From the NCBI GenBank assembly GCA_965205015.1, contig OZ242029.1, positions 1,888,001 through 1,952,000 of the forward strand: a DNA stretch of 64,000 nucleotides, in the 5' to 3' direction. This stretch comes from Candidatus Poribacteria bacterium (GTDB taxonomy: Bacteria > Poribacteria > WGA-4E > WGA-3G). Positions 9,658-18,419 of this stretch are shown one piece after another (within the stretch, counting starts at the first letter, position 1; each line of letters starts with the position of its first letter). The notes beneath the pieces were generated by a model, which was not told the DNA's origin, made no database searches, and saw nothing but the letters and a program-made list of their open reading frames with translations. The translations under genes and the position numbers were made by a program.

Positions 9658-10908
9658 ATGAACCGTTCTTATGTCCTTTCCCCAACTTTTATCGCCGGTA
9701 TCATGCTTCTGTTTTCACTGTCTCTCCAGAGTGCTGCGACGACATTTTCTGGTCGTGTTGTTGATGAAGCAGGAAACCCCGTTTCTGGCGTTGAGGTAGT
9801 CCTGCCTGGATTCAGAGTGACCACACCTCAGGACCAAGATGAACCCGTGTTTTTCGCCTCTCAACAAGCTAAGACGGATGAGGCTGGCAAGTTCTCGATT
9901 CGTGAGATTACTTCACCTTCAGTTCAATTGGTATTGCTTCCCTTCCGTGCGGCAGCCTATGAAATTCGCGCTGCCAAAATTGAGGGGGTATCTTTCTATA
10001 TTGATAAGCACCGGAGTCGTTATAGTGGGCTCACGTTCGCTATTGCACCGGGAGCAGATGTCGAAAATGTAGAGATAATTGTTCGTCCAAGAATGCGGAT
10101 TCGTGGACGTGTTCTTTCTGCCGACGGCACCCCGCTTCGCAATGAACGAATCGGCTTCAGAATAGAACACCGCGGCATAGATGGTAGAGGGGGTGGCAGT
10201 GGTGGAAGCACGAGGGACCTTGATGCCGATGGTTACTTTGTGGAGTACGTGGAAGAGTCTGCCTATTATACTATCTCCGTAGGATATCAGGGACAATCCG
10301 CAACGTCGGAGGAAATATTGCTTGAAGACGGAGAACGTCACGATAAACTCGTCTTAACGCTCGACGATAAACCGCCGCTGAAGCCCGACCGAGCGGTCGC
10401 TCGTGCCCCCGACAGAGAACGATTTGAAGCCGCGTGGAACCGTGATCGTCAAGGTATGTGGGCGATTAATCCTGAAAATCGGCATGCCTACAAAAGGATT
10501 TATTGCGAAACCCGTGAGGAGGCACGCACTCGCGCTGTTGAGCAAGGGGCACATCTCGTGGCTATCAACGATGCAGCAGAACAGGAGTGGCTCCTTGAAG
10601 TCTTTGGACGTGAAAATTATTGGATTGGACTCACCGACGCTTCAAAAGCGGAGAACCCACACTGGGATAACGGTGAACCTGTTACATATACCAGTTGGAG
10701 TGCGTCAGAGAAAACTGCTGGCGATGAAGCGACTGGTCAAGCCGATGACACAAGTCCGGATTACACTGTTCTCATTGGATTGACAGGGAAATGGCAAGAG
10801 ACGCGTCTGGGCAACCCTCTCGCACGCTTGACACAACGAGCGATTCTGGAGCAAGAGCATTTCACTGTTGGAGCCCCTGAATTAGACGATAATATTGAAA
10901 GGCGTTAA
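9658..10908 (+). CDS. Secreted protein: carboxypeptidase-regulatory-like (Ig-like) domains + C-type lectin domain (copy 1)
   Basis: Signal peptide; FSGRVVDEAGNPVSGV; RIRGRVLSADGTPL; AHLVAINDAAEQEWL, YWIGLTD, WDNGEPVTYTSW lectin motifs. Confidence 0.8.
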   Translation: MNRSYVLSPTFIAGIMLLFSLSLQSAATTFSGRVVDEAGNPVSGVEVVLPGFRVTTPQDQDEPVFFASQQAKTDEAGKFSIREITSPSVQLVLLPFRAAAYEIRAAKIEGVSFYIDKHRSRYSGLTFAIAPGADVENVEIIVRPRMRIRGRVLSADGTPLRNERIGFRIEHRGIDGRGGGSGGSTRDLDADGYFVEYVEESAYYTISVGYQGQSATSEEILLEDGERHDKLVLTLDDKPPLKPDRAVARAPDRERFEAAWNRDRQGMWAINPENRHAYKRIYCETREEARTRAVEQGAHLVAINDAAEQEWLLEVFGRENYWIGLTDASKAENPHWDNGEPVTYTSWSASEKTAGDEATGQADDTSPDYTVLIGLTGKWQETRLGNPLARLTQRAILEQEHFTVGAPELDDNIERR

Positions 10909-10937
10909 AGCACAGCGAGACACGAGGAGGTATTGAC

Positions 10938-12260
10938 ATGAAACCGACCTATGTTACACCAAAGTTAGTCGTACTTGCATTGATATTTTCGTTTGTTGGG
11001 ACAAGTATTGAGACAGGCGCAGAGGAGTTTAGCGGACTTTCGGGGAAAGTCGTCGATTTAGAGGGAAACGCCGTCGCTGGCTTCACATTTGCCATTCGAC
11101 CCGTCCAACTACACGACGGTTTTCTGGAACCCGAGCACGGTGACCCAGCCTCTTTACCCCAGGCGGAAACGGATTCGGCGGGAACTTTCACTATCAGCGA
11201 TATCCAGCCGGGGCTTATTCAATTAATCGCGCTTCCAGCCCCCTTGCTTGATGCTTTTGAGATGTTTGATCCAGAACGATTCCCTCCAGAAGGGGCGATT
11301 CCACCGGAATTGATGAGCCGTGGCGGACTTCATCCAGATAAGAAGATTCTCTCTATTCAAGTTGGAAAAGTTACCTTTTTCAATGTGGGAGACCACTTCT
11401 TTTCTGAGGGACTCACGTTCGCACTCGAACCCGGTGTGATTATTGCAGGTGTCAAAGTTACCATTAAATCGCGGCTTCGGATTCGCGGACGCGTTGTTTA
11501 CAACGATGGTACACCTCTTGCCAACGCCGAAGCGGATCTCACGATGGAACAGAGTCATGAGACCCGTCCGAATCACGGTGGCAGCCATAGCACCAACTTT
11601 TTTACGGATGCCGGTGGTTACTTTACGGAATATGTAGAGGAACCTGGGTTCTATACGCTCTCTGTGGAATATAACGACCTTTCTGCGGGAGTGGGTCCCT
11701 TTCTGCTTAAAGATGGCGTGCAACCTGAAGAGGTTGTCTTAACGCTTGAGGGCAAACCGGATCCTGTTACACCCCCCGCTGATAACATTCCAGTCCCCGG
11801 TGACATTAAGTTCCATCAGCCCCCCGCACCGCCGCCAGTAAAAAGCGTGTGGATCATTAATCCTACAAACGGACACGCTTACAAGAAGGTTCTTTGTGAA
11901 GACTGGCAGGATGCCCAACGCAAGGCTGTTGAGGAAGGCGCGCACCTCGTCTCTATCAACGACGAAGCCGAACAACATTGGCTTGAGGTAATCTTTACAC
12001 ACAAACCCTTTTGGATCGGACTCACCGATGCAGAAAATGAGGGAGAATGGCAGTGGGATAGCGGTGAACCTGTCACTTATACCAATTGGGCGACCCATCC
12101 AAGTTTCCCTGATAGACTTCCAGATGCCGAAAAGGACTATGTCGTGGTCACCTTTAGACAGGGCGGGTGGCAGGCTGCGGGTCCTGAGAGTCCACTCTGG
12201 CGCATGGCACGATGGGCAGTCATCGAAAAAGACGGATTGGTTTCTACCATTGATAAATAG
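10938..12260 (+). CDS. Secreted carboxypeptidase-regulatory-like + C-type lectin protein (copy 2)
   Basis: Same architecture; NGHAYK, FWIGLTD, EGEWQWDSGEPVTYTNW; GAGGAGG RBS. Confidence 0.82.
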   Translation: MKPTYVTPKLVVLALIFSFVGTSIETGAEEFSGLSGKVVDLEGNAVAGFTFAIRPVQLHDGFLEPEHGDPASLPQAETDSAGTFTISDIQPGLIQLIALPAPLLDAFEMFDPERFPPEGAIPPELMSRGGLHPDKKILSIQVGKVTFFNVGDHFFSEGLTFALEPGVIIAGVKVTIKSRLRIRGRVVYNDGTPLANAEADLTMEQSHETRPNHGGSHSTNFFTDAGGYFTEYVEEPGFYTLSVEYNDLSAGVGPFLLKDGVQPEEVVLTLEGKPDPVTPPADNIPVPGDIKFHQPPAPPPVKSVWIINPTNGHAYKKVLCEDWQDAQRKAVEEGAHLVSINDEAEQHWLEVIFTHKPFWIGLTDAENEGEWQWDSGEPVTYTNWATHPSFPDRLPDAEKDYVVVTFRQGGWQAAGPESPLWRMARWAVIEKDGLVSTIDK

Positions 12261-12277
12261 GGTGTCCTTGTACCTTT

Positions 12278-12304
12278 AAAAGTAGTAGGCACACTCCGTG
12301 TGCC
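12278..12304 (+). repeat. GTAG-type REP-like palindrome, family A
   Basis: AAAAGTAGTAGGCACACTCCGTGTGCC. Confidence 0.7.
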
Positions 12305-12335
12305 GTAACAGGTCGGTTTCAGAGGAGATAGAAAA

Positions 12336-13565
12336 ATGACACATCTATATTTCGGAAAGAAAATCCTTATATTTTTTTTCGGAATTGTAGCATTTTTACT
12401 TACGGATGTGTGGGTGATGCGCGCGGAGGAGAATACATTAACCGAGTTCTCCGGTCGCGTCGTTGATAAAGCAGGGCATCCGATTGCTGGACTTACGGTG
12501 GTCCTCGTTCCCGTTGAGGATGGACACGGGGCGTGGTTTCCGATTAAGGTGGAGGGTCGTAAGTGGCCAGACGATCCTATGGCGTTCCAAGCGGAAACCG
12601 ATGCAGAGGGGCGTTTCGCCATTACCGATGCCAGTGTCGGTCCCGTGTTATTAGCATTGTTTCCGTATCATAAGCCAGAGGCACATATCTTAAAGGTCCA
12701 AATCGGCGATATGTTTCTCTATGCCCCTGAAGAATCGTGGGGACGTGGCATCGTGTTTTCTGTGGAACCGGGGGAGTCCATTAAGGATGTTGGGGTCACG
12801 GTACGGCGGTTTCTACAACTCCGAGGAACAGTGCTGAAGATGGACGGACGACCGCTCGTCAATGCACAACGGGTCAAGTTCAGGGTGAAGCAACTCAGTT
12901 TAGATGGGGCATACGATGGTAGAACGTCATGGACCACAGAAACGGATGCCGAGGGGAATTTCGTGCAGTACATTCCGCCTGATGTAGATGGACCTATGTT
13001 TTACTTCATGTCTCTCACATGTGGGGACGGAAGCGCACAATTGGATCCAATTGTGGTTAAACCTGGAGATCTCATGCATGAGGCGGTCTTCACGTTCGAG
13101 ACCCCACTCATCCCTGAGAGGCCCGGGAACGCTGTCCCTCGTTTTCATGGTGGGCTTGACGCGACGGGTGTATGGATCGTCAATCCCGAAAATGGGCACG
13201 CCTACAAAAAGATCCGTTTTAGCGGCGTAGAAGATGCTATCGCGCAAGCAGCGAAAGAAGACGCTCATCTCGTCGCGATTAACGATGCAACAGAGCAGCA
13301 GTGGTTAGAGCAAGCCTTTTCCCCGATGCGAACCTTGATTGGACTCAACGATATCGAGGAAGAGGGACAATGGCAGTGGCACAGCGGCGAACCCGTCACA
13401 TATACCAATTGGGCACAGTATGAACCGCAGGATACTGACAACGGTGATGAAGATTACGTTGTTATGATGGGCGATAGATGGATAGATATTGGGCCTGGAG
13501 ACATCCGATGGCGTTTTATTCAGACAGTGCTTTTTGAGAAGGAAAAACCTCCTGTGAAGAAGTGA
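12336..13565 (+). CDS. Secreted carboxypeptidase-regulatory-like + C-type lectin protein (copy 3)
   Basis: Same architecture; LIGLND, EGQWQWHSGEPVTYTNWAQYEPQD, EDY, WID. Confidence 0.82.
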   Translation: MTHLYFGKKILIFFFGIVAFLLTDVWVMRAEENTLTEFSGRVVDKAGHPIAGLTVVLVPVEDGHGAWFPIKVEGRKWPDDPMAFQAETDAEGRFAITDASVGPVLLALFPYHKPEAHILKVQIGDMFLYAPEESWGRGIVFSVEPGESIKDVGVTVRRFLQLRGTVLKMDGRPLVNAQRVKFRVKQLSLDGAYDGRTSWTTETDAEGNFVQYIPPDVDGPMFYFMSLTCGDGSAQLDPIVVKPGDLMHEAVFTFETPLIPERPGNAVPRFHGGLDATGVWIVNPENGHAYKKIRFSGVEDAIAQAAKEDAHLVAINDATEQQWLEQAFSPMRTLIGLNDIEEEGQWQWHSGEPVTYTNWAQYEPQDTDNGDEDYVVMMGDRWIDIGPGDIRWRFIQTVLFEKEKPPVKK

Positions 13566-13606
13566 GCATTGTGCGTTCACAACGGATGTTTTGTGGAGAG
13601 AAAACG

Positions 13607-15031
13607 ATGAAATACACAAATTCCAAAAGAAAAATTCGGATTTGCCGAATGATGGCGGCTACGTTTCTCATCAGTTTTGTTTGGATGGGTGTTGCTCAGG
13701 AAGATACGGGGACTGTTACCGGACGCGTTGTTGATCCGGATGGGAAGCCGGTTACCGAGTTGCCGATATTTATTGCACCTCTTGATGATGATGGCGATGG
13801 ATATATGTCGCCGGTGCTTTTACCGAATGAGCACGAGCAGTTGCGTCGGGCACGCACAGACCGAGAAGGTCGGTTTTCTATAACAGGTGTCCCCTCAGGT
13901 CCGCTACACATCGGTGCACTTCCTTACGACATAGATACACGCCTACCCAAGGACTTTGAAAACATTGTAGACGAGTTCACATCGAAAGATTGGACGGAAC
14001 TTACACAAAACGATATAGATGCGTTCGTTTCCAACTTCGGTATGGATCCAGGGGACTTTGCGCCAGATGTTGAAATTTTGTCCCTCCGTATCCGAGGGAT
14101 AACCTTATACCCGCGCCACGATTATGATGAAATCGCGTTCGGTCTCAAACCCGGCGCGCTTATAAAGAACGTGGAGGTCACGGTGCAGCCGCGGATGCGA
14201 ATTCGCGGACGTATCCTTTTCAAGGACGGAACGCCACTTGTCAATACACGTATCAGTCTCTACACTCGCTCTCGTAATGTGGATAATGCTGGTTCCAGCA
14301 GCGGCGGCGGTGACGTGTGGGTAGACACTGACGGATACTTTACCTACCATATAGCTGAAAAAAATGATGCCGCAGTCTACACGTTTTCTTTTGAATATCA
14401 AGATCTTTCTGTGGAGGCTGAACCAATTCGCCTTGACCCCGGGGACCGATTTGACGGACTGACATTGACTTTTGACAGCGCGCCAATTCCCCCTAAACGT
14501 CCCCCTCAAAAAACGGAAACTGACGCGTTTGAACCGCCTCCGCCCGTAGCAGAATCACCGTCGATACCAACGTCTTCTGATGACGTGTGGGTCGTCAATC
14601 CCGAAAATGGACACGCCTATAAAAGAATTCACTGCGAAACGCGCGAGGATGCCAGTGCCCAAGCCACCGAAGAAAAAGCACATCTCGTCGTGATTAACGA
14701 CGCGGCAGAACAAGCATGGGTGGAAGCAGTTTTCGGTCATAAATTCTATTGGATAGGACTCCAGCGCGTCCCCACGACAGGCTCGCTTTCTAAACGGGCA
14801 AAAGAGTGGTGGCAATGGGATAACGGTGATCCTATCGCCTATGCAAACTGGGTAACCAACGATTTCTTTGCTGAATCTTTGGATGCCAGCGAAAGAGACT
14901 ATGTCGTTATGACCCTTCCGAATGGCAAGTGGTATGCCGTGAGTCCTGACAGTGTTATTTGGCGTATGACAGAAATGGCGATCCTCGAAAAAACAGATAT
15001 ATTTGATAGTTCCCCTGTCCAAGAAGAATGA
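13607..15031 (+). CDS. Secreted carboxypeptidase-regulatory-like + C-type lectin protein (copy 4)
   Basis: Same architecture; start at ATG 13607 after GGAGAG; YWIGL, WQWDNGDPIAYANW. Confidence 0.8.
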   Translation: MKYTNSKRKIRICRMMAATFLISFVWMGVAQEDTGTVTGRVVDPDGKPVTELPIFIAPLDDDGDGYMSPVLLPNEHEQLRRARTDREGRFSITGVPSGPLHIGALPYDIDTRLPKDFENIVDEFTSKDWTELTQNDIDAFVSNFGMDPGDFAPDVEILSLRIRGITLYPRHDYDEIAFGLKPGALIKNVEVTVQPRMRIRGRILFKDGTPLVNTRISLYTRSRNVDNAGSSSGGGDVWVDTDGYFTYHIAEKNDAAVYTFSFEYQDLSVEAEPIRLDPGDRFDGLTLTFDSAPIPPKRPPQKTETDAFEPPPPVAESPSIPTSSDDVWVVNPENGHAYKRIHCETREDASAQATEEKAHLVVINDAAEQAWVEAVFGHKFYWIGLQRVPTTGSLSKRAKEWWQWDNGDPIAYANWVTNDFFAESLDASERDYVVMTLPNGKWYAVSPDSVIWRMTEMAILEKTDIFDSSPVQEE

Positions 15032-15072
15032 AAAGGTCAGAACAAAAAACGTGTAAATTGCGTGTGGTCGTG

Positions 15073-16152
15073 TTAAAAAAGCAGGTTTCCGCAGTAGGCA
15101 CAGGCGTGCAATTGGACATCCCCCTTAAACGTTTCACGTTCAGGCGTTAGGTAGGTCTCGTGATTCGTGACGCAGTTTGTGTTTTCACAAGTATGTGTAG
15201 AAGCGGCAATGTCCCGCTCTGGGGGTTGGGTCAAGATGAGCTGCTCCAATCCAACAAGGCTGGCGATCAGTGCCATCCGCACAGGCACTGCGTTCGCGGA
15301 TTGCTCGAAATAGGCAGCACGTGGATCGTCGTCTAACTCATAAGCGAGTTCATTGACGCGTGGGAGTGGATGCATAATCATCGCATCCGACTTCGCGTTC
15401 TTCATGACTTCTGCATTTAGCAGATAACTACCGCGCACGGCGGCTGGATCCATGTTCGATGGCAGTCGTTCCTCCTGAAGTCGGTTCACATAGATAACAT
15501 CCAGCCTCTCGATCACTTCTGTGATATTTTCTACTTCAAGTGGTATCTGTCCATGACACTGTTCCAGTTGCGCAAGCACCCACGGTGGCATCTGTAACGG
15601 CTTTGGCGCGATGTGAATCAGATTCCCTCCGAATCGTGCGACTGAAAGGGCAAAGGAGTGTGCCGATCGTCCGAACTGAAGATCCCCGCAAATACCGACA
15701 GTTAACCCTTCTATCTTGGATTTTCGCTGTATAATGGTATAAAGGTCCGCGAGTGCCTGCGTCGGATGTGTATGACTCCCGTCACCACCGTTGATGACCG
15801 GAATATGTGCGTGCTGTGCAATGACGCGCGCTGCACCTGCCCAGTTATGCCTCACGACAATGAGATCGGCATAGTTCGTCACCATCCGTGCGGTGTCGGC
15901 GAGAGTTTCTCCTTTGGTGACAGAAGTCGCCTGTGGGTCGGCGAAGCCGAGGGTGCCGCCATTGAGGCGTCCCATCGCACTTTCAAACGAAAGCCGGGTC
16001 CGGGTGCTGGGTTCAAAAAAGAGAGTTGCCAGCAGTTTACTTCGGCAGATCCCCGCCCATGTCTCCAGTTGCGACTGCATGCCTGCCGCGAGTCGAAAGA
16101 TTTGTTCAATCTCAAAATTCGACAAATCGTCGAGGGTTATCAGATGCCGCAT
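15073..16152 (-). CDS. pyrB: Aspartate carbamoyltransferase catalytic subunit with C-terminal PyrI-like zinc domain
   Basis: FFEPSTRTRLSF, KGETLADT, HPTQAL, RLQEER, MHPLPRVNE; tail CENTNC...CAYC. Confidence 0.92.
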   Translation of the reverse strand: MRHLITLDDLSNFEIEQIFRLAAGMQSQLETWAGICRSKLLATLFFEPSTRTRLSFESAMGRLNGGTLGFADPQATSVTKGETLADTARMVTNYADLIVVRHNWAGAARVIAQHAHIPVINGGDGSHTHPTQALADLYTIIQRKSKIEGLTVGICGDLQFGRSAHSFALSVARFGGNLIHIAPKPLQMPPWVLAQLEQCHGQIPLEVENITEVIERLDVIYVNRLQEERLPSNMDPAAVRGSYLLNAEVMKNAKSDAMIMHPLPRVNELAYELDDDPRAAYFEQSANAVPVRMALIASLVGLEQLILTQPPERDIAASTHTCENTNCVTNHETYLTPERETFKGDVQLHACAYCGNLLF

Positions 16153-16221
16153 GTGCCTCCTCTGAGGATCTGTTATGAATCCACCTTATCCTTATCATGT
16201 ACCAGTTTTTTTCAAAAACGA

Positions 16222-17151
16222 TTACGAATCGACTTGCAAACTACCAACCAATTCCGCAATTGACACCATATCTGCATTTTTGAGGTAGATGTCAAGGCCT
16301 TTCACGATCTCCATCGATGCCTGTGGATTGACGAAGTTCGCTGTTCCGACCGCTACGGCGGATGATCCAGCGATGAAGAATTCCACAGCGTCTGTGGCCG
16401 TCATGATGCCCCCCATTCCAACGATGGGAATAGAGACGCTCTTATAAACCTCCCAAACCAATCTTAATGCCACCGGCTTTATCGCGGGACCTGAGAGTCC
16501 GCCTGTTACATTTGCGAGTTCTGGTTTCCGGGTTTCCGCGTTAATCGCCATGCCGAGCAGTGTGTTGATCGCAGAGAGCGCGTTCGCACCGGCATCCTCG
16601 ACAGCACGAGCAATCACCGTAATATCTGTAACGTTTGGGGATAATTTCACCAATATCGGTAAGTGGGTCTTCGCTCGGACCTCTTTGACGAGTTGGTGCG
16701 CCAATGTCGCATCAACACCGAAACTCATACCACCGCAGTCTAAGTTCGGGCAGGAAATATTGAGTTCTATACCGGCGACCCCCTCTGCGGTGTTCAGTTT
16801 CTCTGTTACGATGAGGTATTCCTCGACTGTTTTGCCACAGACATTGACAATCACGGGTACATCAAAATCACGCAGGTAGGGGAGTTTCTCCGAGATAAAA
16901 CCGTCTACGCCGACGTTTTGGAGTCCGATCGCATTCAGCATGCCGGACGGGGTTTCCATGATGCGTTGCATCGGATTGCCGGGCCACGGTACGCTCGTAA
17001 CGCCCTTAACAACGACCGCACCGAGGCGGTTCAGGTCCACGAAATCCGCATATTCACTGCCGTAGCCGAATGTGCCAGATGCCGTCAGGACAGGGTTTCG
17101 CATCTGAATCCCGCCGATATTCACACTGAGGGACAAATCTGTTGCATCCAT
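16222..17151 (-). CDS. pyrD: Dihydroorotate dehydrogenase, family 1 (1B-like catalytic subunit)
   Basis: NPVLTASGTFGYG, MLNAIGLQN, ELNISCPN, VKLSPN, GGLSGPAIKP. Confidence 0.93.
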   Translation of the reverse strand: MDATDLSLSVNIGGIQMRNPVLTASGTFGYGSEYADFVDLNRLGAVVVKGVTSVPWPGNPMQRIMETPSGMLNAIGLQNVGVDGFISEKLPYLRDFDVPVIVNVCGKTVEEYLIVTEKLNTAEGVAGIELNISCPNLDCGGMSFGVDATLAHQLVKEVRAKTHLPILVKLSPNVTDITVIARAVEDAGANALSAINTLLGMAINAETRKPELANVTGGLSGPAIKPVALRLVWEVYKSVSIPIVGMGGIMTATDAVEFFIAGSSAVAVGTANFVNPQASMEIVKGLDIYLKNADMVSIAELVGSLQVDS

Positions 17152-17196
17152 TATGAAAAATGATAGCAGATTGACGTGGAAATTTCAAGAATTTTC

Positions 17197-17226
17197 TTGA
17201 CCGAATGGCTCAATCTGTGCTATAAT
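17197..17226 (+). promoter_or_regulatory. sigma70-like promoter
   Basis: TTGACC-18 nt-TATAAT with extended -10 TG. Confidence 0.5.
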
Positions 17227-17291
17227 TCCTTAGATAACGCACATCAAATTTAAATTTGTCTTTGCTTGGCATGCGTTGGAGGTGTTGCGGC

Positions 17292-17903
17292 ATGGCGTTC
17301 AGTGATTTCAAGACAATCCCTGAAGTGCAGGAAAAATTTCACATTCGACACGTGGAAAATGACTTTCTTAATGTTGAGGAAACCGTCGGGTTCCCTTCGA
17401 AACAATTTCTACAGGAATTGGAATTTAGTCGAGAATATATTGATATTTTTGCATCAGAGGCATCGCGGTGCGAAGCAATTATCTACCCTATTTTGCGGGA
17501 AGTCTATAAAGGGTATGCCGATGGCTATGCGCTTTGGATAAAAAAAACTATCGCCTACGATGAGACCCTCAACGGCACGCCGGATTACCTCGTCTCTACA
17601 CGATCGGAATTAGGAAAACGGGTTGTTGGAACACCTTTGATCATCCTCGTAGAGGCGAAGAAAAACGACTTTGAACACGGGTGGGGGCAATGTTTGTCCG
17701 AGTTAGTGGCGGCACAAAAGATAAATGACGATCCAGATATCCCTGTGTACGGTATTGTCAGCGACGGAACATGGTGGCAATTTGGATACCTTATTGCGGA
17801 TGCTTTCACCCAAAACAGAACGAGTTTTAGCGTAGATAATTTGCCACGCCTCTTTAGTGCTGTGAATACTATATTCAAATCAGCAAGTGAGGTTTCTGTA
17901 TAA
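17292..17903 (+). CDS. PD-(D/E)xK nuclease-fold hypothetical protein (HsdR N-terminal-like)
   Basis: GTPDYLV...ILVEAKK...WGQCLSEL...YGIVSDGTWWQF; start MAFSDFK after GGAGGT. Confidence 0.65.
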   Translation: MAFSDFKTIPEVQEKFHIRHVENDFLNVEETVGFPSKQFLQELEFSREYIDIFASEASRCEAIIYPILREVYKGYADGYALWIKKTIAYDETLNGTPDYLVSTRSELGKRVVGTPLIILVEAKKNDFEHGWGQCLSELVAAQKINDDPDIPVYGIVSDGTWWQFGYLIADAFTQNRTSFSVDNLPRLFSAVNTIFKSASEVSV

Positions 17904-17904
17904 A

Positions 17905-18150
17905 GTGATCGTCCTCTCGGCGTACCTTCCGACGAGGTGAAGAATCTTCGCTCCCGCAGATGCTTCTGTTTCGGAGGGACATCCCGTTGCGGGCTATTAT
18001 GGAACCCTATATTCCGTCCGTCCGCACCCCGACACCCACCCGAGCGACTTCACTTGGGGACCCTTGCGAAACTTTTTCATAGCCACGAGTTGGTTTCCCC
18101 AAGTCGCTTCAGTAGGTCCCTCAGCTTAACGTCTCAACACTCTCACGTAA
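17905..18150 (-). ncRNA. Unassigned structured RNA candidate
   Basis: Nested inverted repeats (17974-17980/18116-18122; 18052-18060/18096-18104; hairpins 17913-17937, 17957-17968, 17983-17993, 18001-18015); G-U pairs favour the minus strand. Confidence 0.4.
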
Positions 18151-18236
18151 GTCCCCATGTATTTATGCGAGATTCGCAATTTTTATGGAAATAATTTGTT
18201 TTTTCGTGAAACTGTTATATACTTATAGTTAGATGC

Positions 18237-18389
18237 CAGGGCTATTTAGTTTATATATTTAGTTCATATTTGTGAATATTTTTGGCACTTTTGGGCCCCT
18301 CAAATCCCGCTGGCGAGGTTTCCTAACCTCGCCATATTGGAAAAGAAGGTGAAAACTCTCAAATAAATTCTTAAAACTAAATGACCCTG
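18237..18389. mobile_element. MITE-like element, 153 bp, 16-bp imperfect terminal inverted repeats
   Basis: Left CAGGGCTATTTAGTTT vs right reverse complement CAGGGTCATTTAGTTT (14/16); internal GGCGAGGTT...AACCTCGCC palindrome; no ORF; no clear target-site duplication. Confidence 0.55.
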
Positions 18390-18419
18390 TGGCTGCCTTG
18401 ACGGGTCAGACAGGAGCCA

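Noticed and set aside
9377-9685. 102-aa minus-strand ORF
   Set aside because: Overlaps the lectin gene start and its AT-rich upstream region; no protein-like features
9658-15031. C-type lectin and FGE-fold genes as diversity-generating retroelement targets
   Set aside because: No reverse transcriptase and no template/variable repeat pair differing only at adenines was seen in the window
17937-18194. 85-aa ORF over the structured region
   Set aside because: No recognisable motifs or RBS; the sequence is better explained by base-pairing
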